Notes: a model not told the origin generated them from the letters alone. Numbered from the whole stretch's first letter, positions 9,609-20,873 are shown. The stretch is DNA of 61,925 nt, filler included, from Coriobacteriales bacterium (GCA_031263105.1; 5 parts of 5 records of this genome joined end to end with filler, not necessarily neighbours in it); one strand, 5' to 3'. Translations and numbers: made by a program.

Positions 9609-10889
9609 CTACTTGAAGAAGCCCTCGTAATGATGCATTTTCAATTGGCTTTCCAGCTTGCTCATCGTGTCGAGCGCGACGCCGACCATGATGAGGATGG
9701 AGGTGCCGCCGAAGGCGCTGATCAGTGTGTCGCCGGTCATCGAGAACAGGATGCTGGGAATCACCGCTATGAGGGCGATGTAGATGCCGCCCGGCAGCGT
9801 GATGCGGTTCAGCACGTTCTTGATGTACTGCACCGTATTGACACCGGGGCGGACACCGGGAATGAACCCTCCCTGTTTGCGCAGGTTGTTCGCCGTATCC
9901 TCCGGGTTGAACACCATCGAGGTGTAGAAGAAGCAGAAGAACACGATAAGGACGGCATTGAGCACCCAGTTGACCCAGCTGTCGGCCGCAAGCGCATTGG
10001 ACAGGCTGGTCAGCCAGCCCACGTTGAAGAATGCGGCGAGCTGTGCGGGGAAGTACAGCAGCGCACTGGCAAAGATGATGGGGATGACGCCGGCGCCGTT
10101 GACCTTGAGGGGGATGTAGGTGGAGGTCCCTCCCATGACGCGGCGGCCCTGTATGCGCTTGGCGTAGTTGACGGGGATGCGGCGCTGCGCGCGCTCGATG
10201 AGGACTATGCCGGGTATCACCAGCAGGACGATGAGGATGACGAGCACCGTGAACGCGGCGCCCTGCGTGACCGCAGAGTCGAAGATCGCGCTCGGGAAGC
10301 TGGCGACGATGTTCGCGAAGATGATGAGGGACATGCCGTTGCCGATGCCGCGCTGCGTGATGAGCTCGCCCATCCACATGATAAGGGCGACGCCTGCCAC
10401 CAAGGTGAACACGATGACGAAGCTCGTGAGCATCTCGGGGGGCGCACCCTCGCCGGTCGCGAAGCGGACGCCGTACTGGTTCTGGAACAGCAGCAGGTAG
10501 CCGATGGCATTGATGAGGCCCAGCCCGAGGGTCAGGTAGCGGGTGATCTGCGTTATCTTCTTCTGCCCGGTCTGCCCCTCGCGCGCCCAGCGCTGCAACG
10601 AGGGTATGACCCCCTGCATGAGCTGCATGATGATGGACGCGGTGATGTAGGGCATGATGCCGAGCGAGAGCACCGAGAACTTCGAGAGCGCGTTGCCGGA
10701 GAACAGGTTGAGGAACAGCAGGGCGGCGTTGCCCGCCGCAGACTGGAAGGCCTCGACGAGCTCGGCGGCGTTGACGCCGGGCACCGTCACGAAGGAACCG
10801 AGGCGGTACAGCGCAATGATCGCCAAGGTGAAGATGATCTTCTTGCGGAGGTCGGGGACCCGGAACGCATTGATGATCGCGCTTAGCAA
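9609..10889 (-). CDS. secY: Preprotein translocase subunit SecY
   Basis: LGIMPYITASII, GIGNGMSLIIF, FIPGVRPG, GGTSILI. Confidence 0.98.
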   Translation of the reverse strand: MLSAIINAFRVPDLRKKIIFTLAIIALYRLGSFVTVPGVNAAELVEAFQSAAGNAALLFLNLFSGNALSKFSVLSLGIMPYITASIIMQLMQGVIPSLQRWAREGQTGQKKITQITRYLTLGLGLINAIGYLLLFQNQYGVRFATGEGAPPEMLTSFVIVFTLVAGVALIMWMGELITQRGIGNGMSLIIFANIVASFPSAIFDSAVTQGAAFTVLVILIVLLVIPGIVLIERAQRRIPVNYAKRIQGRRVMGGTSTYIPLKVNGAGVIPIIFASALLYFPAQLAAFFNVGWLTSLSNALAADSWVNWVLNAVLIVFFCFFYTSMVFNPEDTANNLRKQGGFIPGVRPGVNTVQYIKNVLNRITLPGGIYIALIAVIPSILFSMTGDTLISAFGGTSILIMVGVALDTMSKLESQLKMHHYEGFFK

Positions 10890-11332
10890 GGCGGCTCCAC
10901 CTTTCCTCCCGCAGCCTCGATCTTCGTGGCCGCACTGGCCGATACCTTGTCCACCCTTACCGTGAGCCTCTTGGCGAGCACGCCGTCGCCAAGCACCTTC
11001 ACAGGGTCGCCGACATGCTTGGTGATGCCCTTGGCGACAAGCGAGTCGCCGTCGACGACCTCGCCGTCCTGGAAGGCCGCGTCAAGGCGGCCGACGTTGA
11101 CAGGGACGTATTCGACGCGGTTGATGTTGCGGAAGCCCGGGAGCTTGGGAAGGCGACGGGCCAGCGGCGTCTGGCCGCCCTCGAAGCCGTTGCTCTTGCC
11201 GCCGCCCGCACGGGACTTCTGGCCCTTGGTGCCGCGCCCTGCCGTCGTGCCGAGGCCGGCGGCGTTGCCGCGCCCCTTGCGCCTGCGCGGCCTGGTGGAG
11301 CCTGGGGCCGGAGCCAGGTCATGTAACTGCAT
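10883..11332 (-). CDS. rplO: 50S ribosomal protein L15
   Basis: GRGTKGQKSR, FEGGQTPLARRLPK. Confidence 0.97.
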   Translation of the reverse strand: MQLHDLAPAPGSTRPRRRKGRGNAAGLGTTAGRGTKGQKSRAGGGKSNGFEGGQTPLARRLPKLPGFRNINRVEYVPVNVGRLDAAFQDGEVVDGDSLVAKGITKHVGDPVKVLGDGVLAKRLTVRVDKVSASAATKIEAAGGKVEPPC

Positions 11333-11545
11333 CTAAATCTCCTCCACCTTCACCAGATGTTTGACCTTGAAGATCATACCACGTACCGCAGGGTTGTCCA
11401 CATGTTCGACCGAGCGGTTTATCTTCCCGAGGCCGAGCGCCTTGATGGTCCTGCCCTGGTCGAAGGGGCAGGATATGGTCGAGCGCACCTGCGTGACCCT
11501 GAGGGTCCTCTTCGCGCCCGCCGCCTTCTTCTTCGCGTCCGTCAT
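11333..11545 (-). CDS. rpmD: 50S ribosomal protein L30
   Basis: ALGLGKIN...VRGMIFKVKHLV; operon position. Confidence 0.95.
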   Translation of the reverse strand: MTDAKKKAAGAKRTLRVTQVRSTISCPFDQGRTIKALGLGKINRSVEHVDNPAVRGMIFKVKHLVKVEEI

Positions 11546-11548
11546 GTC

Positions 11549-12076
11549 CTATCCCTCCTTCCAGCCGTATATCCTCGCAACGGTGGTGTCGCGGCGCTTC
11601 GCGACCTCGCTGGGGCTGGACAGCTCCTTCAGGCCCTCGGCGGCCGCCTTCACGATGTTCATCGCGTTGTTGGTGCCCAGGGACTTGGAGAGCACGTTCT
11701 TCACGCCCGCAAGCTCCAGAAGCGCGCGCACCGGCCCGCCGGCGATGACGCCGGTACCGGGGGTCGCCGGCTTGAGGAGCACCCTGCCGGCGCCGTAGGT
11801 GCCGACTATCTCGTGAGGAAGGGTGCCCTCTGCGGTCAAAGGGACGGTTATGAGGTTCTTCTTGGCATCCTCGACGCCCTTCTTGATGGCGATGGGCACC
11901 TCGGTGCTCTTGCCCATGCCGACGCCGACCCTGCCGGCGCCGTCGCCTACGACCACCAGGGCGGTCAGCGCGAAGCGGCGGCCGCCCTTGACGACCTTGG
12001 AGACGCGGTTGATATAGACAACCTTCTCCTGCAGCTCGACCGCAGCCGCCTTCGACTTTGACTTTGTTTTTGCCAT
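11549..12076 (-). CDS. rpsE: 30S ribosomal protein S5
   Basis: [22 protein letters not shown]. Confidence 0.97.
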   Translation of the reverse strand: MAKTKSKSKAAAVELQEKVVYINRVSKVVKGGRRFALTALVVVGDGAGRVGVGMGKSTEVPIAIKKGVEDAKKNLITVPLTAEGTLPHEIVGTYGAGRVLLKPATPGTGVIAGGPVRALLELAGVKNVLSKSLGTNNAMNIVKAAAEGLKELSSPSEVAKRRDTTVARIYGWKEG

Positions 12077-12092
12077 CTATCGACCAGCCTTC

Positions 12093-12461
12093 CTAAAACC
12101 TCAGCCCGGCTTCGCGGGCGGCATCCGCCAGGGCCTTGACCCTGCCATGAAAGAGGTACCCTCCGCGGTCGAAGACCACGGACTCTATCTTTGCGTCCAG
12201 GGCACGCCTTCCGATGAGGCCTCCTACCACGCGGGCGCCGTCGACGGTCGCGCCGTTCCCGTCCTGCTTCTTGAACTCCGCGTCAAGCGACGAGGCGGCC
12301 GCAAGGGTCCTGCGCGCCACGTCGTCGATGACCTGGGCATAGATGTTGCCGTTGGAACGCGTCACGCGCAGGCGCGGGACGGCGGCGGTGCCGCTGACCT
12401 TGCCGCGCACACGCCTCTGCCGACGCCTGAGCCCTGCTGCCTTTTCCTTTTGCCTGTCCAT
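12093..12461 (-). CDS. rplR: 50S ribosomal protein L18
   Basis: [26 protein letters not shown]. Confidence 0.96.
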   Translation of the reverse strand: MDRQKEKAAGLRRRQRRVRGKVSGTAAVPRLRVTRSNGNIYAQVIDDVARRTLAAASSLDAEFKKQDGNGATVDGARVVGGLIGRRALDAKIESVVFDRGGYLFHGRVKALADAAREAGLRF

Positions 12462-12534
12462 CTTCCAAACTCCCTGTTCCCGGCTGCCCTGCCCACGTCC
12501 CAAGGACGGGGGCGGCAGCGCGAATCCTCTGCGT

Positions 12535-13077
12535 CTATGCGTTGCCGGCAGCCTTGCCGAGCTTCCTGCGGACATGTTCGCCCTCGTAACGGATGCCCTT
12601 GCCCTTGTAGGGCTCGGGCTTGCGCCACTTGCGGATGTCGGCGGCGACCTGTCCGACCTGCTGCTTGTCGATGCCGCTCACCTTGATGGAAGTGGGCTGC
12701 GGCACCTCGAAGGAGATGCCCTCCGGCGCCTTGACGAGCACGGGATGCGAGTAGCCGAGCTGCATCTCGAGGTCGGGACCCTTGAGTGCGGCACGGTACC
12801 CGACGCCGACGATCTCGAGGCCCTTGGTGAAGCCCTCGCTCACACCGACGACCATGTTGCTGACAAGGGTGCGCGAGAGGCCATGGTAGGAGCGCGCCTC
12901 GCGCGTGTCGTCGATGCGCTCGACGACGATCCTGGCGTCCTCCTGCCTGACGACGACATAGGAGGAGAGGGTCTGCTCCAGCTCGCCCTTGGGGCCCTTG
13001 ACCTTGACGGTGGCACCGTCTATCGCCACCTCGACGGCGGCGGGCAGCTCGATGGGCTGCTTTCCGATACGGGACAT
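12535..13077 (-). CDS. rplF: 50S ribosomal protein L6
   Basis: [20 protein letters not shown]. Confidence 0.97.
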   Translation of the reverse strand: MSRIGKQPIELPAAVEVAIDGATVKVKGPKGELEQTLSSYVVVRQEDARIVVERIDDTREARSYHGLSRTLVSNMVVGVSEGFTKGLEIVGVGYRAALKGPDLEMQLGYSHPVLVKAPEGISFEVPQPTSIKVSGIDKQQVGQVAADIRKWRKPEPYKGKGIRYEGEHVRRKLGKAAGNA

Positions 13078-13096
13078 GATCGGCATTCCTTCCCGT

Positions 13097-13495
13097 CTAC
13101 CAGATGTACGCGATGACCTCGCCGCCGACGCCCGCCTTGCGGGCATCACGGTCGGTCATCACGCCTCTGGAGGTGGATATGACAGCGGTTCCCAAGCCGC
13201 CGAGGACGCGCGGCAGGTCGTCCTTGCCGGCATAGACCCGCAGTCCCGGCTTGGAGATGCGCTTGAGGCCTCGGATGGTCCTTTGCCTCCGGGGGCCGTA
13301 CTTCAGGCTGATGACCAGCTCGCCGACCGGCTTGGCCTCGATTGTCTCATAGTCGATGATGAAGCCCTCCTCCTTGAGGATACGCGCGATCTCGACGAGC
13401 TTCCTGCTCGTGGGGATCGACACCTTCTCCTTGCCGGCAGAGTTCGCGTTGCGCACCCGCGTGAGCATATCGGCTATGGGGTCTGTCATTGACAT
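13097..13495 (-). CDS. rpsH: 30S ribosomal protein S8
   Basis: [20 protein letters not shown]. Confidence 0.97.
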   Translation of the reverse strand: MSMTDPIADMLTRVRNANSAGKEKVSIPTSRKLVEIARILKEEGFIIDYETIEAKPVGELVISLKYGPRRQRTIRGLKRISKPGLRVYAGKDDLPRVLGGLGTAVISTSRGVMTDRDARKAGVGGEVIAYIW

Positions 13496-13522
13496 GATAA
13501 CCTCCTATGATTCCTTCATATC

Positions 13523-13708
13523 CTACCAGCTCGCCTTGCGGACACCGGGCAGCTCGCCCCTGCTCGCAAGTTCCCGCAGGCAGACCCTGCACAGCCCGAA
13601 CTGACGGTAATACGCACGCGGGCGCCCGCAGCGGGCGCAGCGGTTGTGCTGACGGGTCGAGAACTTGGGCTCGCGCTTGGCCTTGGCGATCATCGATTTC
13701 TTAGCCAC
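13523..13708 (-). CDS. rpsZ: 30S ribosomal protein S14, zinc-binding (type Z)
   Basis: [31 protein letters not shown] start after AGGAG. Confidence 0.95.
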   Translation of the reverse strand: MAKKSMIAKAKREPKFSTRQHNRCARCGRPRAYYRQFGLCRVCLRELASRGELPGVRKASW

Positions 13709-13722
13709 AGATATCTCCTTGC

Positions 13723-14271
13723 TCACTGATTCCGCTTGAAGGGGAAGCCCAGCGCATCGAACAGCGCGCGCGCGTCCCCGTCGTTGGTTGCCGTGGTGAC
13801 GAAGGTGACGTCCATGCCGCGGACGCGGTCCACCTTGTCGTAGTCGATCTCGGTGAAGATCAGCTGTTCGGTGATGCCGAGCGAGTAGTTGCCGCGCCCG
13901 TCGAAGCTCGTGGTGGAGATGCCCCGGAAGTCACGGACGCGCGGTATGGCCGTCGAGAGGAGACGGTCGAGGAACTCCCACATGCGCGTCCCGCGCAGCG
14001 TGACCTTGGCGCCGATGGGCATGCCGGTACGCAGCTTGAAGCTTGCGATGGACTTCTTGGCACGGCAGATCCTGGGCTGCTGGCCGGTGATGGCCCGCAG
14101 GTCGGCGACCGCCGCGTCGAGCTGCTTGCTGTCTGCGACCGCCGAGCCGACCCCCATGTTCACGACGATCTTCTCAAGCGTCGGAATCCGGTTGACGTTG
14201 CCTATCCCCAGCTGCTCGCCGAGCTTCGAGGAGATCTCTGTCTGGTACTTCTCTTTGAGTCTCGCTGTCAC
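13723..14271 (-). CDS. rplE: 50S ribosomal protein L5
   Basis: [19 protein letters not shown]. Confidence 0.97.
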   Translation of the reverse strand: MTARLKEKYQTEISSKLGEQLGIGNVNRIPTLEKIVVNMGVGSAVADSKQLDAAVADLRAITGQQPRICRAKKSIASFKLRTGMPIGAKVTLRGTRMWEFLDRLLSTAIPRVRDFRGISTTSFDGRGNYSLGITEQLIFTEIDYDKVDRVRGMDVTFVTTATNDGDARALFDALGFPFKRNQ

Positions 14272-14310
14272 GATACTTCCTTTCGTAACGCCCTGGCTTC
14301 ACCTGATGCC

Positions 14311-14652
14311 TCAGTCGATGTCCTTGCCGCACTTCTTGCACACCCGCAGCTTCTTGCCCTCGAAGACCCTGATGCCCACACGGGTCGGCTGGGAGCATTT
14401 GGGGCAGACGAGCATGACGGTGGAGACCGCGATGGGCCTCTCGATGCTCATGATGCCGCCGGAGGGGTTGTCGCGCGTGGGGCGTTGGGCCTTCTTGACG
14501 ATGCCGACCTTCTCCACGACGACCTTGCGCTGCTCGGGCAGGGCGCGCATGACGGCACTCGTGACGTTTATGTCCTTGCCGCTGATCACCTTGACGGTGT
14601 CGCCCTTGCGTATCTTCATCTTCGCGTTCGTCTTTGTCTTTGCCTTCGTCAT
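14311..14652 (-). CDS. rplX: 50S ribosomal protein L24
   Basis: [18 protein letters not shown] motif; two C-terminal CxxC pairs. Confidence 0.96.
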   Translation of the reverse strand: MTKAKTKTNAKMKIRKGDTVKVISGKDINVTSAVMRALPEQRKVVVEKVGIVKKAQRPTRDNPSGGIMSIERPIAVSTVMLVCPKCSQPTRVGIRVFEGKKLRVCKKCGKDID

Positions 14653-14667
14653 GGTCCATCCCGTCTC

Positions 14668-15036
14668 TTACAGGGTCTCGGGGGCAAGCGAGACGATCTT
14701 CATATACCGTTTGTCGCGCAGCTCGCGGGCGACCGGCCCGAAGATACGGGTGCCGCGCGGGGCGCCGTTGGCGTCGATGACGACCGCAGCGTTCTGGTCG
14801 AACCTGATGTAGCTGCCGTCCTTGCGGCGGACCTCCTTCTTCACGCGCACGATCACGCAGCGGACGACCTCGCCCTTCTTGACGTTGCCGTTGGGCGTGG
14901 CCTCCTTGACGGCGCAGACGATCACGTCGCCCAGGCCGGCGTAGCGGCGCTTCGAGCCGCCGAGGACCTTGATGCACTGGACTTTGCGCGCACCGGAGTT
15001 GTCGGCGACCTGGAGCATGGTCTCTGCCTGGATCAT
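14668..15036 (-). CDS. rplN: 50S ribosomal protein L14
   Basis: [20 protein letters not shown]. Confidence 0.98.
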   Translation of the reverse strand: MIQAETMLQVADNSGARKVQCIKVLGGSKRRYAGLGDVIVCAVKEATPNGNVKKGEVVRCVIVRVKKEVRRKDGSYIRFDQNAAVVIDANGAPRGTRIFGPVARELRDKRYMKIVSLAPETL

Positions 15037-15052
15037 ATAAGGCCCACCTTTC

Positions 15053-15313
15053 CTACTTCGCCTTCTCGACGACGTCGAGCAGGCGCCATCTCTTGAGCTT
15101 GGACAACGGGCGCGTCTCCATGATGGTCACGACATCGCCCACGCCGGCCGCGTTCGCCTCGTCGTGGGCATGGAACTTCTTGGTGCGGGTCATCATCTTC
15201 CCGTAGATGGGATGCGGCTTGCGCACCTTGACCTCGACCACGCAGGTCTTGTCGGCGGCGGCGGAGACCACCGTGCCCTGGCGCACCTTCCTCTGCTTGC
15301 GTTCTTCAGTCAT
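15053..15313 (-). CDS. rpsQ: 30S ribosomal protein S17
   Basis: [17 protein letters not shown]. Confidence 0.97.
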   Translation of the reverse strand: MTEERKQRKVRQGTVVSAAADKTCVVEVKVRKPHPIYGKMMTRTKKFHAHDEANAAGVGDVVTIMETRPLSKLKRWRLLDVVEKAK

Positions 15314-15443
15314 CTCGGTACCAAACTTTCCTCGTTAACGTTCCGTTCCTTCTCGGCCTGCCGTGCCCTCCTCCGCCTTCCCGCCACATCGGGGGCACGG
15401 GGCGGCCCTGCGGCCGTAAGGGGCGCCGGGCCCTGCGGCCGGC

Positions 15444-15656
15444 TCAACTTGCGATATCGATGGCGATGCCGTCCTTGCGCGCGCGGATCTCGGTCAGGAC
15501 GCGTGCGATGTCCTTCTTCACCACCCGGATGCGCGACGTGTTGTCGAGCTGGCTCGTCGCCATCTGGAAGCGCAGGTTGAACAGCTCCGTGCGGCCTTCC
15601 TTCAGCTTCTGCGTCAGGTCGTCGTTGCTCAGCTCGCGTATCTCTTTTGCCTTCAT
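15444..15656 (-). CDS. rpmC: 50S ribosomal protein L29
   Basis: ELFNLRFQ...KKDIARVLT. Confidence 0.96.
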   Translation of the reverse strand: MKAKEIRELSNDDLTQKLKEGRTELFNLRFQMATSQLDNTSRIRVVKKDIARVLTEIRARKDGIAIDIAS

Positions 15657-16081
15657 GATTCCTCCCCGTCATGTGCTTCCTGGGAGACTATCCTGCATTT
15701 GATAGGAAGCTTCTGCACGGCCAGCCTCAAGGCCTCGACGGCGACCTCGTGTTCGACGTCGGCGATCTCGAACATGATGCGCCCGGGCTTGACGACCGCC
15801 ACCCACTCCTCGGGGTTGCCCTTGCCGGAGCCCATGCGGGTCTCGGCCGGCTTCTTCGTGATGGGCTTGTCCGGGAAGATGGTGATCCAGACCCTGCCGC
15901 CGCGCTTCATGTGGCGGGTCATGGCGACGCGGGCAGCCTCTATCTGCCGGTTCGTGATCCAGTGCGCCTCGAGCGCCTGGATCCCGTAGCTGCCGAAGTT
16001 CAGCGTCGTGCCGCCCTTCGCCCTGCCTTTCATCGAACCGCGCTGCACCTTGCGGTGCTTCACGCGTTTGGGGATGAGCAT
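15653..16081 (-). CDS. rplP: 50S ribosomal protein L16
   Basis: [20 protein letters not shown]. Confidence 0.97.
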   Translation of the reverse strand: MLIPKRVKHRKVQRGSMKGRAKGGTTLNFGSYGIQALEAHWITNRQIEAARVAMTRHMKRGGRVWITIFPDKPITKKPAETRMGSGKGNPEEWVAVVKPGRIMFEIADVEHEVAVEALRLAVQKLPIKCRIVSQEAHDGEES

Positions 16082-16083
16082 GG

Positions 16084-16791
16084 TCACTTCCTCCCTTCGC
16101 CGCGCTCGCGCCTCGGGCGCTGCGGGCGGGACGAGCCTTCGAGTGCAGGGTTGGGCGTCGGCTGGCCAGGGAGCTTCTCGCCATGGTAGACCCAGACCTT
16201 CACGCCTATGGAGCCCATGGTGGTCGCTGCCGTCGCAAAGCCGTAGTCGATCTTCGCGCGCAGCGTGTGCAGGGGCACGCGCCCCTCGCGGTACCACTCG
16301 CGACGGCTCATCTCGGCACCGCCGAGACGGCCGGAGCACTGGATGCGGATGCCCTTGGCACCGCTCTTGCCGGCGTTCTGCACGGCCTTGCGCATCGCGC
16401 GGCGGAAGGCGACACGGCCCTCGAGCTGCTCGGCGACCGACTGCGCGATGAGAACGGCATCGAGCTCGGGGCGCTTGACCTCGACGACGTCGACGTTCAC
16501 GCGGCCCTTGGCGATCTTCTCGAGCTCCTTGCGGAGCTCGTCTATGTCGGCGCCCTTCTTGCCGATGACGATGCCGGGACGGGCGGTCGTGATGAAGACC
16601 TTGACCTTGTCCCCCGCCCGCTCTATCTCGACCTTCGAGACGGCGGCACGGGCGAGGCGCTTGCTCAGATGTGCGCGCAGCAGGCGGTCGTTCTCAAGCG
16701 TGCTGGCGTAGTCCTTGTTGGCATACCAGCGGCTGCGCCACTCCTCGGTTATGCCCAGACGGAATCCGGTGGGATAGACTTTCTGCCCCAT
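16084..16791 (-). CDS. rpsC: 30S ribosomal protein S3
   Basis: [23 protein letters not shown]. Confidence 0.97.
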   Translation of the reverse strand: MGQKVYPTGFRLGITEEWRSRWYANKDYASTLENDRLLRAHLSKRLARAAVSKVEIERAGDKVKVFITTARPGIVIGKKGADIDELRKELEKIAKGRVNVDVVEVKRPELDAVLIAQSVAEQLEGRVAFRRAMRKAVQNAGKSGAKGIRIQCSGRLGGAEMSRREWYREGRVPLHTLRAKIDYGFATAATTMGSIGVKVWVYHGEKLPGQPTPNPALEGSSRPQRPRRERGEGRK

Positions 16792-16794
16792 GCG

Positions 16795-17133
16795 CTACGC
16801 CTCCTCTCGTGTCGCGACGATAACGGTGATATGGCAGCTGCGCTTGCGGATGCGCGAGGCAGAGCCCTTGGCACGGGGGCGGAAGCGCTTCATGGTGGGT
16901 CCCTCGTCGGCATAGGTGGTCTTGACGAAAAGCCCTTCGGGCTTCACCCCGTCGCGCTCGGCGTTCGCCACCGCGCTGTTGAGGCACTTCTCGACGACCT
17001 CCGAGACGTTCCGCTCGCTGAACCGCAGTATCTCGCGGGCACGCGGCACGTTCTTGCCTCGGATGAGGTCGATGACCATGCGCGCCTTGCGGGGAGAGAC
17101 CCGCACGTAACGGGCCTGTGCTCTGGCTTCCAT
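16795..17133 (-). CDS. rplV: 50S ribosomal protein L22 (alternative GTG start at 17139)
   Basis: [20 protein letters not shown]. Confidence 0.96.
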   Translation of the reverse strand: MEARAQARYVRVSPRKARMVIDLIRGKNVPRAREILRFSERNVSEVVEKCLNSAVANAERDGVKPEGLFVKTTYADEGPTMKRFRPRAKGSASRIRKRSCHITVIVATREEA

Positions 17134-17135
17134 TG

Positions 17136-17411
17136 TCACCTCTTGCCTTTCTTGTCGCCTGCATGGCCTCGGAAGGTCCGGGTGGCGGCGAACTCGCCCA
17201 GCTTGTGGCCGACCATCGACTCGGTGATGTAGACCGGCACGTGCTTGCGCCCGTCGTGGACGGCGATGGTATGGCCCACCATCTCAGGGAAGACGGTGGA
17301 GGCGCGCGACCACGTCTTGACGACGCTCTTCTCCCCCGCCTCGTTCATCGCATTGATGCGGCCGAGCAGACGCGGCTCGACGAAGGGACCTTTTTTAAGA
17401 CTTCTACTCAC
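17136..17411 (-). CDS. rpsS: 30S ribosomal protein S19
   Basis: [19 protein letters not shown]. Confidence 0.98.
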   Translation of the reverse strand: MSRSLKKGPFVEPRLLGRINAMNEAGEKSVVKTWSRASTVFPEMVGHTIAVHDGRKHVPVYITESMVGHKLGEFAATRTFRGHAGDKKGKR

Positions 17412-17428
17412 AGTTGGCTCCCGTTCCT

Positions 17429-18259
17429 CTACTTCTTACGCCGACGGATAATGAGCCTGCTTGAGGCCTTTTTCTTGTTGCGGGTGCGATGGCCCTTGGT
17501 CGGCACGCCCCACGGGGTCACCGGATGGCGTCCGGCGCTCTTGTTCTTGCCTTCGCCACCACCGTGCGGATGGTCGACGGGGTTCATGACGGTACCGCGA
17601 ACGGTCGGGCGAACGCCAAGCCAGCGCTTGCGGCCCGCCTTGCCTATTTTGATGTTGCCATGCTCAGCGTTGCCCACCTCACCGATGGTGGCACGGCAGG
17701 TGATGAGCACGCGACGCATCTCGCTTGAGGGCATGCGGAGGATGGCGTAGTTGCCCTCCTTGCCCATGAGCTGGATGGAAGCACCGGCGCTGCGGGCGAG
17801 AGCCGCGCCTTTGCCGGGCTGCAACTCCACGGCATGGATGGTGGTACCGACAGGGATGTCCTTTAAGGGCAGGGCACATCCGGGCTTGATGTCGGAATCG
17901 GAACCACTCGTCACCACATCGCCGACTTTGAGGCCCTTCGGCTGCAGGATGTAGCTCTTGGCACCGTCGGCATAATGAAGCAGGGCGATGCGCGCAGAGC
18001 GGTTGGGGTCGTACTCGATGGTCGCGACCTTGGCGGGGATGCCGTCCTTCCTGCGCTTGAAGTCGATAAGACGGTACCGACGCTTATGACCGCCGCCCTG
18101 GTGACGGGTCGTGATGCGCCCGTTGTTGTTGCGACCGGCCTTCTTGGACAGCGGCGCCGTCAACGACTTCTCAGGCGTCGACCGTGTGACCTCCCGGAAA
18201 TCGGAGACCGACTGGAAGCGGCGTCCCGGTGATGTCGGCTTGTATTGTTTGATACCCAT
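17429..18259 (-). CDS. rplB: 50S ribosomal protein L2
   Basis: [21 protein letters not shown]. Confidence 0.98.
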   Translation of the reverse strand: MGIKQYKPTSPGRRFQSVSDFREVTRSTPEKSLTAPLSKKAGRNNNGRITTRHQGGGHKRRYRLIDFKRRKDGIPAKVATIEYDPNRSARIALLHYADGAKSYILQPKGLKVGDVVTSGSDSDIKPGCALPLKDIPVGTTIHAVELQPGKGAALARSAGASIQLMGKEGNYAILRMPSSEMRRVLITCRATIGEVGNAEHGNIKIGKAGRKRWLGVRPTVRGTVMNPVDHPHGGGEGKNKSAGRHPVTPWGVPTKGHRTRNKKKASSRLIIRRRKK

Positions 18260-18398
18260 GTCTCTGTTTCCTCTGTCTCTCTACCACGGCACCGTGCGTG
18301 TCCTTTTTCGGCACAGACGATACCCTGTCTCTTGTGCGGTTCGTCGCGTGTGGCGTGCGCGGATAAAACCGCGCGCCCTCGCGTGTCGCCGCGGCTCG

Positions 18399-18683
18399 TT
18401 ACACGCCGAAGGCCTCTATCTTGTCGCCCTCGGCAAGCGTGACGATGGCCTTCTTCCACGAGCGGCTGTAGCCCTTCGCGTAACGCACGCGCTTGGGCTT
18501 CCCGCTCACACTGAGAGTGTTGACTTTCAGCACCCTCACGTCGAAGATCGACTCGACAGCCTGGCCGATCTCGATCTTATTCGCCTGCTTGGCGACCTCG
18601 AAGGTATAGCGGTTGTCATTGATGAGGTCGAAGCTGCGCTCCGTGATGATGGGGCGCAGGATGACCTGACGGGGGTCTTTCAT
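18399..18683 (-). CDS. rplW: 50S ribosomal protein L23
   Basis: RPIITE, WKKAIVTL. Confidence 0.96.
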   Translation of the reverse strand: MKDPRQVILRPIITERSFDLINDNRYTFEVAKQANKIEIGQAVESIFDVRVLKVNTLSVSGKPKRVRYAKGYSRSWKKAIVTLAEGDKIEAFGV

Positions 18684-19081
18684 TACTGCAGCACCTCCTC
18701 GATGCGTTTGAGGGCCGCCTTCGTAAGCAGCAATGCCTTGTTGTCAATAAGGTCGTAGGCGTTGACGTCGGTGACGTCGAGCACGCGTACGCGCCTGACG
18801 TTGCGAAACGACAGGAAGGCGTTGACGTCAACATCGGTGAGCACGAGCGTGACACGCCCCTCGATGGCAAGCGCCTGCAAGACCTTGACCGCTTCTTTGG
18901 TCGAAGGCTTCTCAAAATCGAAGCTCTCGATCACATGGAGCGCGCCCTCGGCTTGTTTCGCAGAAAGCGCGGAACGCAGGGCGAGCTTGACCTCCTTGCC
19001 GTTGACCTTGAAGCTGTAGTCGCGGGGATGCGGCCCAAATACCGCGCCGCCGCCCCGGTAGTGCGGCGCACGGATGGTACC
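18683..19081 (-). CDS. rplD: 50S ribosomal protein L4, 3' part (5' end lost at the contig edge)
   Basis: Frame is open up to the gap: GTIRAPHYRGGGAVFGPHPRDYSF...FEKPSTK...SFRN. Confidence 0.93.
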   Translation of the reverse strand, partial: GTIRAPHYRGGGAVFGPHPRDYSFKVNGKEVKLALRSALSAKQAEGALHVIESFDFEKPSTKEAVKVLQALAIEGRVTLVLTDVDVNAFLSFRNVRRVRVLDVTDVNAYDLIDNKALLLTKAALKRIEEVLQ

Positions 19082-19181
19082 NNNNNNNNNNNNNNNNNNN
19101 NNNNNNNNNNNNNNNNNNNNNNNNNTTAATTAATTAANNNNNNNNNNNNNNNNNNNNNNNNNNNNNNNNNNNNNNNNNNNN
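19082..19181. other. Artificial contig-join spacer
   Basis: 100 nt of N with a central TTAATTAATTAA (stop codons in all six frames). Confidence 0.98.
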
Positions 19182-19285
19182 CCCCCCCCCCCCCCCCCCC
19201 TCGCCCCCTGGCCCCGCGCCCGCCGCCCCGCCGCCCTGCCCCGCGCCAGCCGCCCCGCCTCGGCTCATAGGCTATAATCACACCC

Positions 19286-20491
19286 ATGGTCTATCGAAAA
19301 CTCACGGATACCGTTGCCCGGCGCATCGAACGTGACCGCGACCAAGGGTGGGTCAACCCTTGGCGTGCCATCGACTCGATGGTGCTCAGGCGCGACTGCT
19401 CGCATGACAGGCCGAGCCTCTGGCGCCCTGCCTTCGTGCGGGATGCGGAGAAGATCCTCAATTCCCCCTATTACAACCGCCTCTCGGACAAGACGCAGGT
19501 GTTCTCGTTCTTCAAGAACGACGACCTCACGCGCCGCTCGCTCCACGTGCAGCTCGTCTCGCGCATCGCGCGCAGCATCGGCTCGGTGCTCGGGCTGAAC
19601 AACGACCTCATCGAGTCCATCGCGCTCGGGCACGACATAGGGCACACGCCTTTCGGCCATGCGGGGGAGCGCTTCCTCAGTGCGCTGTACCATGCGCACA
19701 CGGGATGCTACTTCGACCACAACGTCCACAGCGTGCGCGTGCTCGACGGCATCTTCCGCCACAACCTCAGCCTCCAGACCCTCAGCGGCATCCTGTGCCA
19801 CAACGGCGAGTTCGAGCAGCAGGAGTACCACCCCCGGCCCGTAGAGGGCTTCGAGGAGTTCGACGTGCTGCTCCAGAGGTGCCGCACCCACGAGGCCCCG
19901 ATAAAGAGCCTCGTGCCCTCGACGCTCGAAGGCTGCGTCGTGCGCATCTGCGACATGATCGCCTACGTGGGCAAGGACCGCCAGGACGTCGAGCGCGCTG
20001 CGGAGAAGGACACCGTCCCCACCTTCGAGGCCACGGAGGTGGGCGTCCACAACGCCGAGATCATCAACAACCTTGCGGTCGATCTGATCGAGAACAGCTA
20101 CGGCAAGGACCACCTGATGCTCAGCGAGGGGGCCTTCGTGGCGCTTCGCGGCATCAAGCAGGAGAACTACCAGCTCATCTACGACAACGAGCGGGTCAAC
20201 CAGACGAACGAGGATGTGGTGAAGGGGATGTTCGGGCGCCTGTACGAGCAGCTGCGGGCCGATTTGCTGGCGGGTGACGAGCGCTCCTATGTCTTCCGCC
20301 ACCATGTCAGCTTCGTCGAGCAGAGGCGCAACCGCTACCGCGAGACGCAGCCCTACCGGGACGAGCAGCCCGACCAGGTCGTCATCGACTACCTCGCCAG
20401 CATGACCGACGACTACTTCGTCGACCTCCATACACGCCTCTTCCCCCACGAGGCGACCGTCTCCTACATCCCGTACTTCAAAGGGGAGTGA
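19286..20491 (+). CDS. HD-domain dNTP triphosphohydrolase (dGTPase-like)
   Basis: RLSDKTQVF, GHDIGHTPFGHAGE, DMIAY, DYLASMTDDY; TATAAT 7 nt before the ATG suggests a leaderless transcript. Confidence 0.88.
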   Translation: MVYRKLTDTVARRIERDRDQGWVNPWRAIDSMVLRRDCSHDRPSLWRPAFVRDAEKILNSPYYNRLSDKTQVFSFFKNDDLTRRSLHVQLVSRIARSIGSVLGLNNDLIESIALGHDIGHTPFGHAGERFLSALYHAHTGCYFDHNVHSVRVLDGIFRHNLSLQTLSGILCHNGEFEQQEYHPRPVEGFEEFDVLLQRCRTHEAPIKSLVPSTLEGCVVRICDMIAYVGKDRQDVERAAEKDTVPTFEATEVGVHNAEIINNLAVDLIENSYGKDHLMLSEGAFVALRGIKQENYQLIYDNERVNQTNEDVVKGMFGRLYEQLRADLLAGDERSYVFRHHVSFVEQRRNRYRETQPYRDEQPDQVVIDYLASMTDDYFVDLHTRLFPHEATVSYIPYFKGE

Positions 20492-20495
20492 GGGG

Positions 20496-20817
20496 GTTAC
20501 TGCTCACACCCCACTGTCATCCCGAGCCCCACTGTCATCTACCCGGGCCCCACTGTCATCTACCCGGGCCCCACTGTCATCTACCCGAGCCCCACTGTCA
20601 TCCCGAGCCCCACTGTCATCCCGAGCCTGTCGAGGGATCCTCGACCGCGCAAGCGGTCGACCGCAGGTCGAAGGGCCCTGCGACCTGCCGTTGGACACTG
20701 CGTGTTCCGTGGGCCTGTCGGCCCGTCCTCGCTGAAAACGCAGTGCGTTTTCCGGGCGCTCGGACCCAAAGATTCCTCGGCGGAGCTCGGAATGACAGTG
20801 GGGGTGTGAACTGTAGC
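20496..20817. mobile_element. MITE family copy 2 (longest)
   Basis: Same terminal inverted repeats; 8-bp direct repeat GTGAGGGG at 20488-20495 and 20818-20825; six 18/21-bp tandem units in the left arm. Confidence 0.8.
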
Positions 20818-20838
20818 GTGAGGGGCACATGCGAGAAG

Positions 20839-20867
20839 TTGACGATTTGGGGAGGGTGGAATACCAT
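20839..20867 (+). promoter_or_regulatory. Sigma70-type promoter
   Basis: TTGACG-17 bp-TACCAT. Confidence 0.65.
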
Positions 20868-20873
20868 GTAAAC

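Noticed and set aside
20508..20627. Possible CRISPR array
   Set aside because: The units are contiguous with no unique spacers, lie inside a MITE, and there are no cas genes
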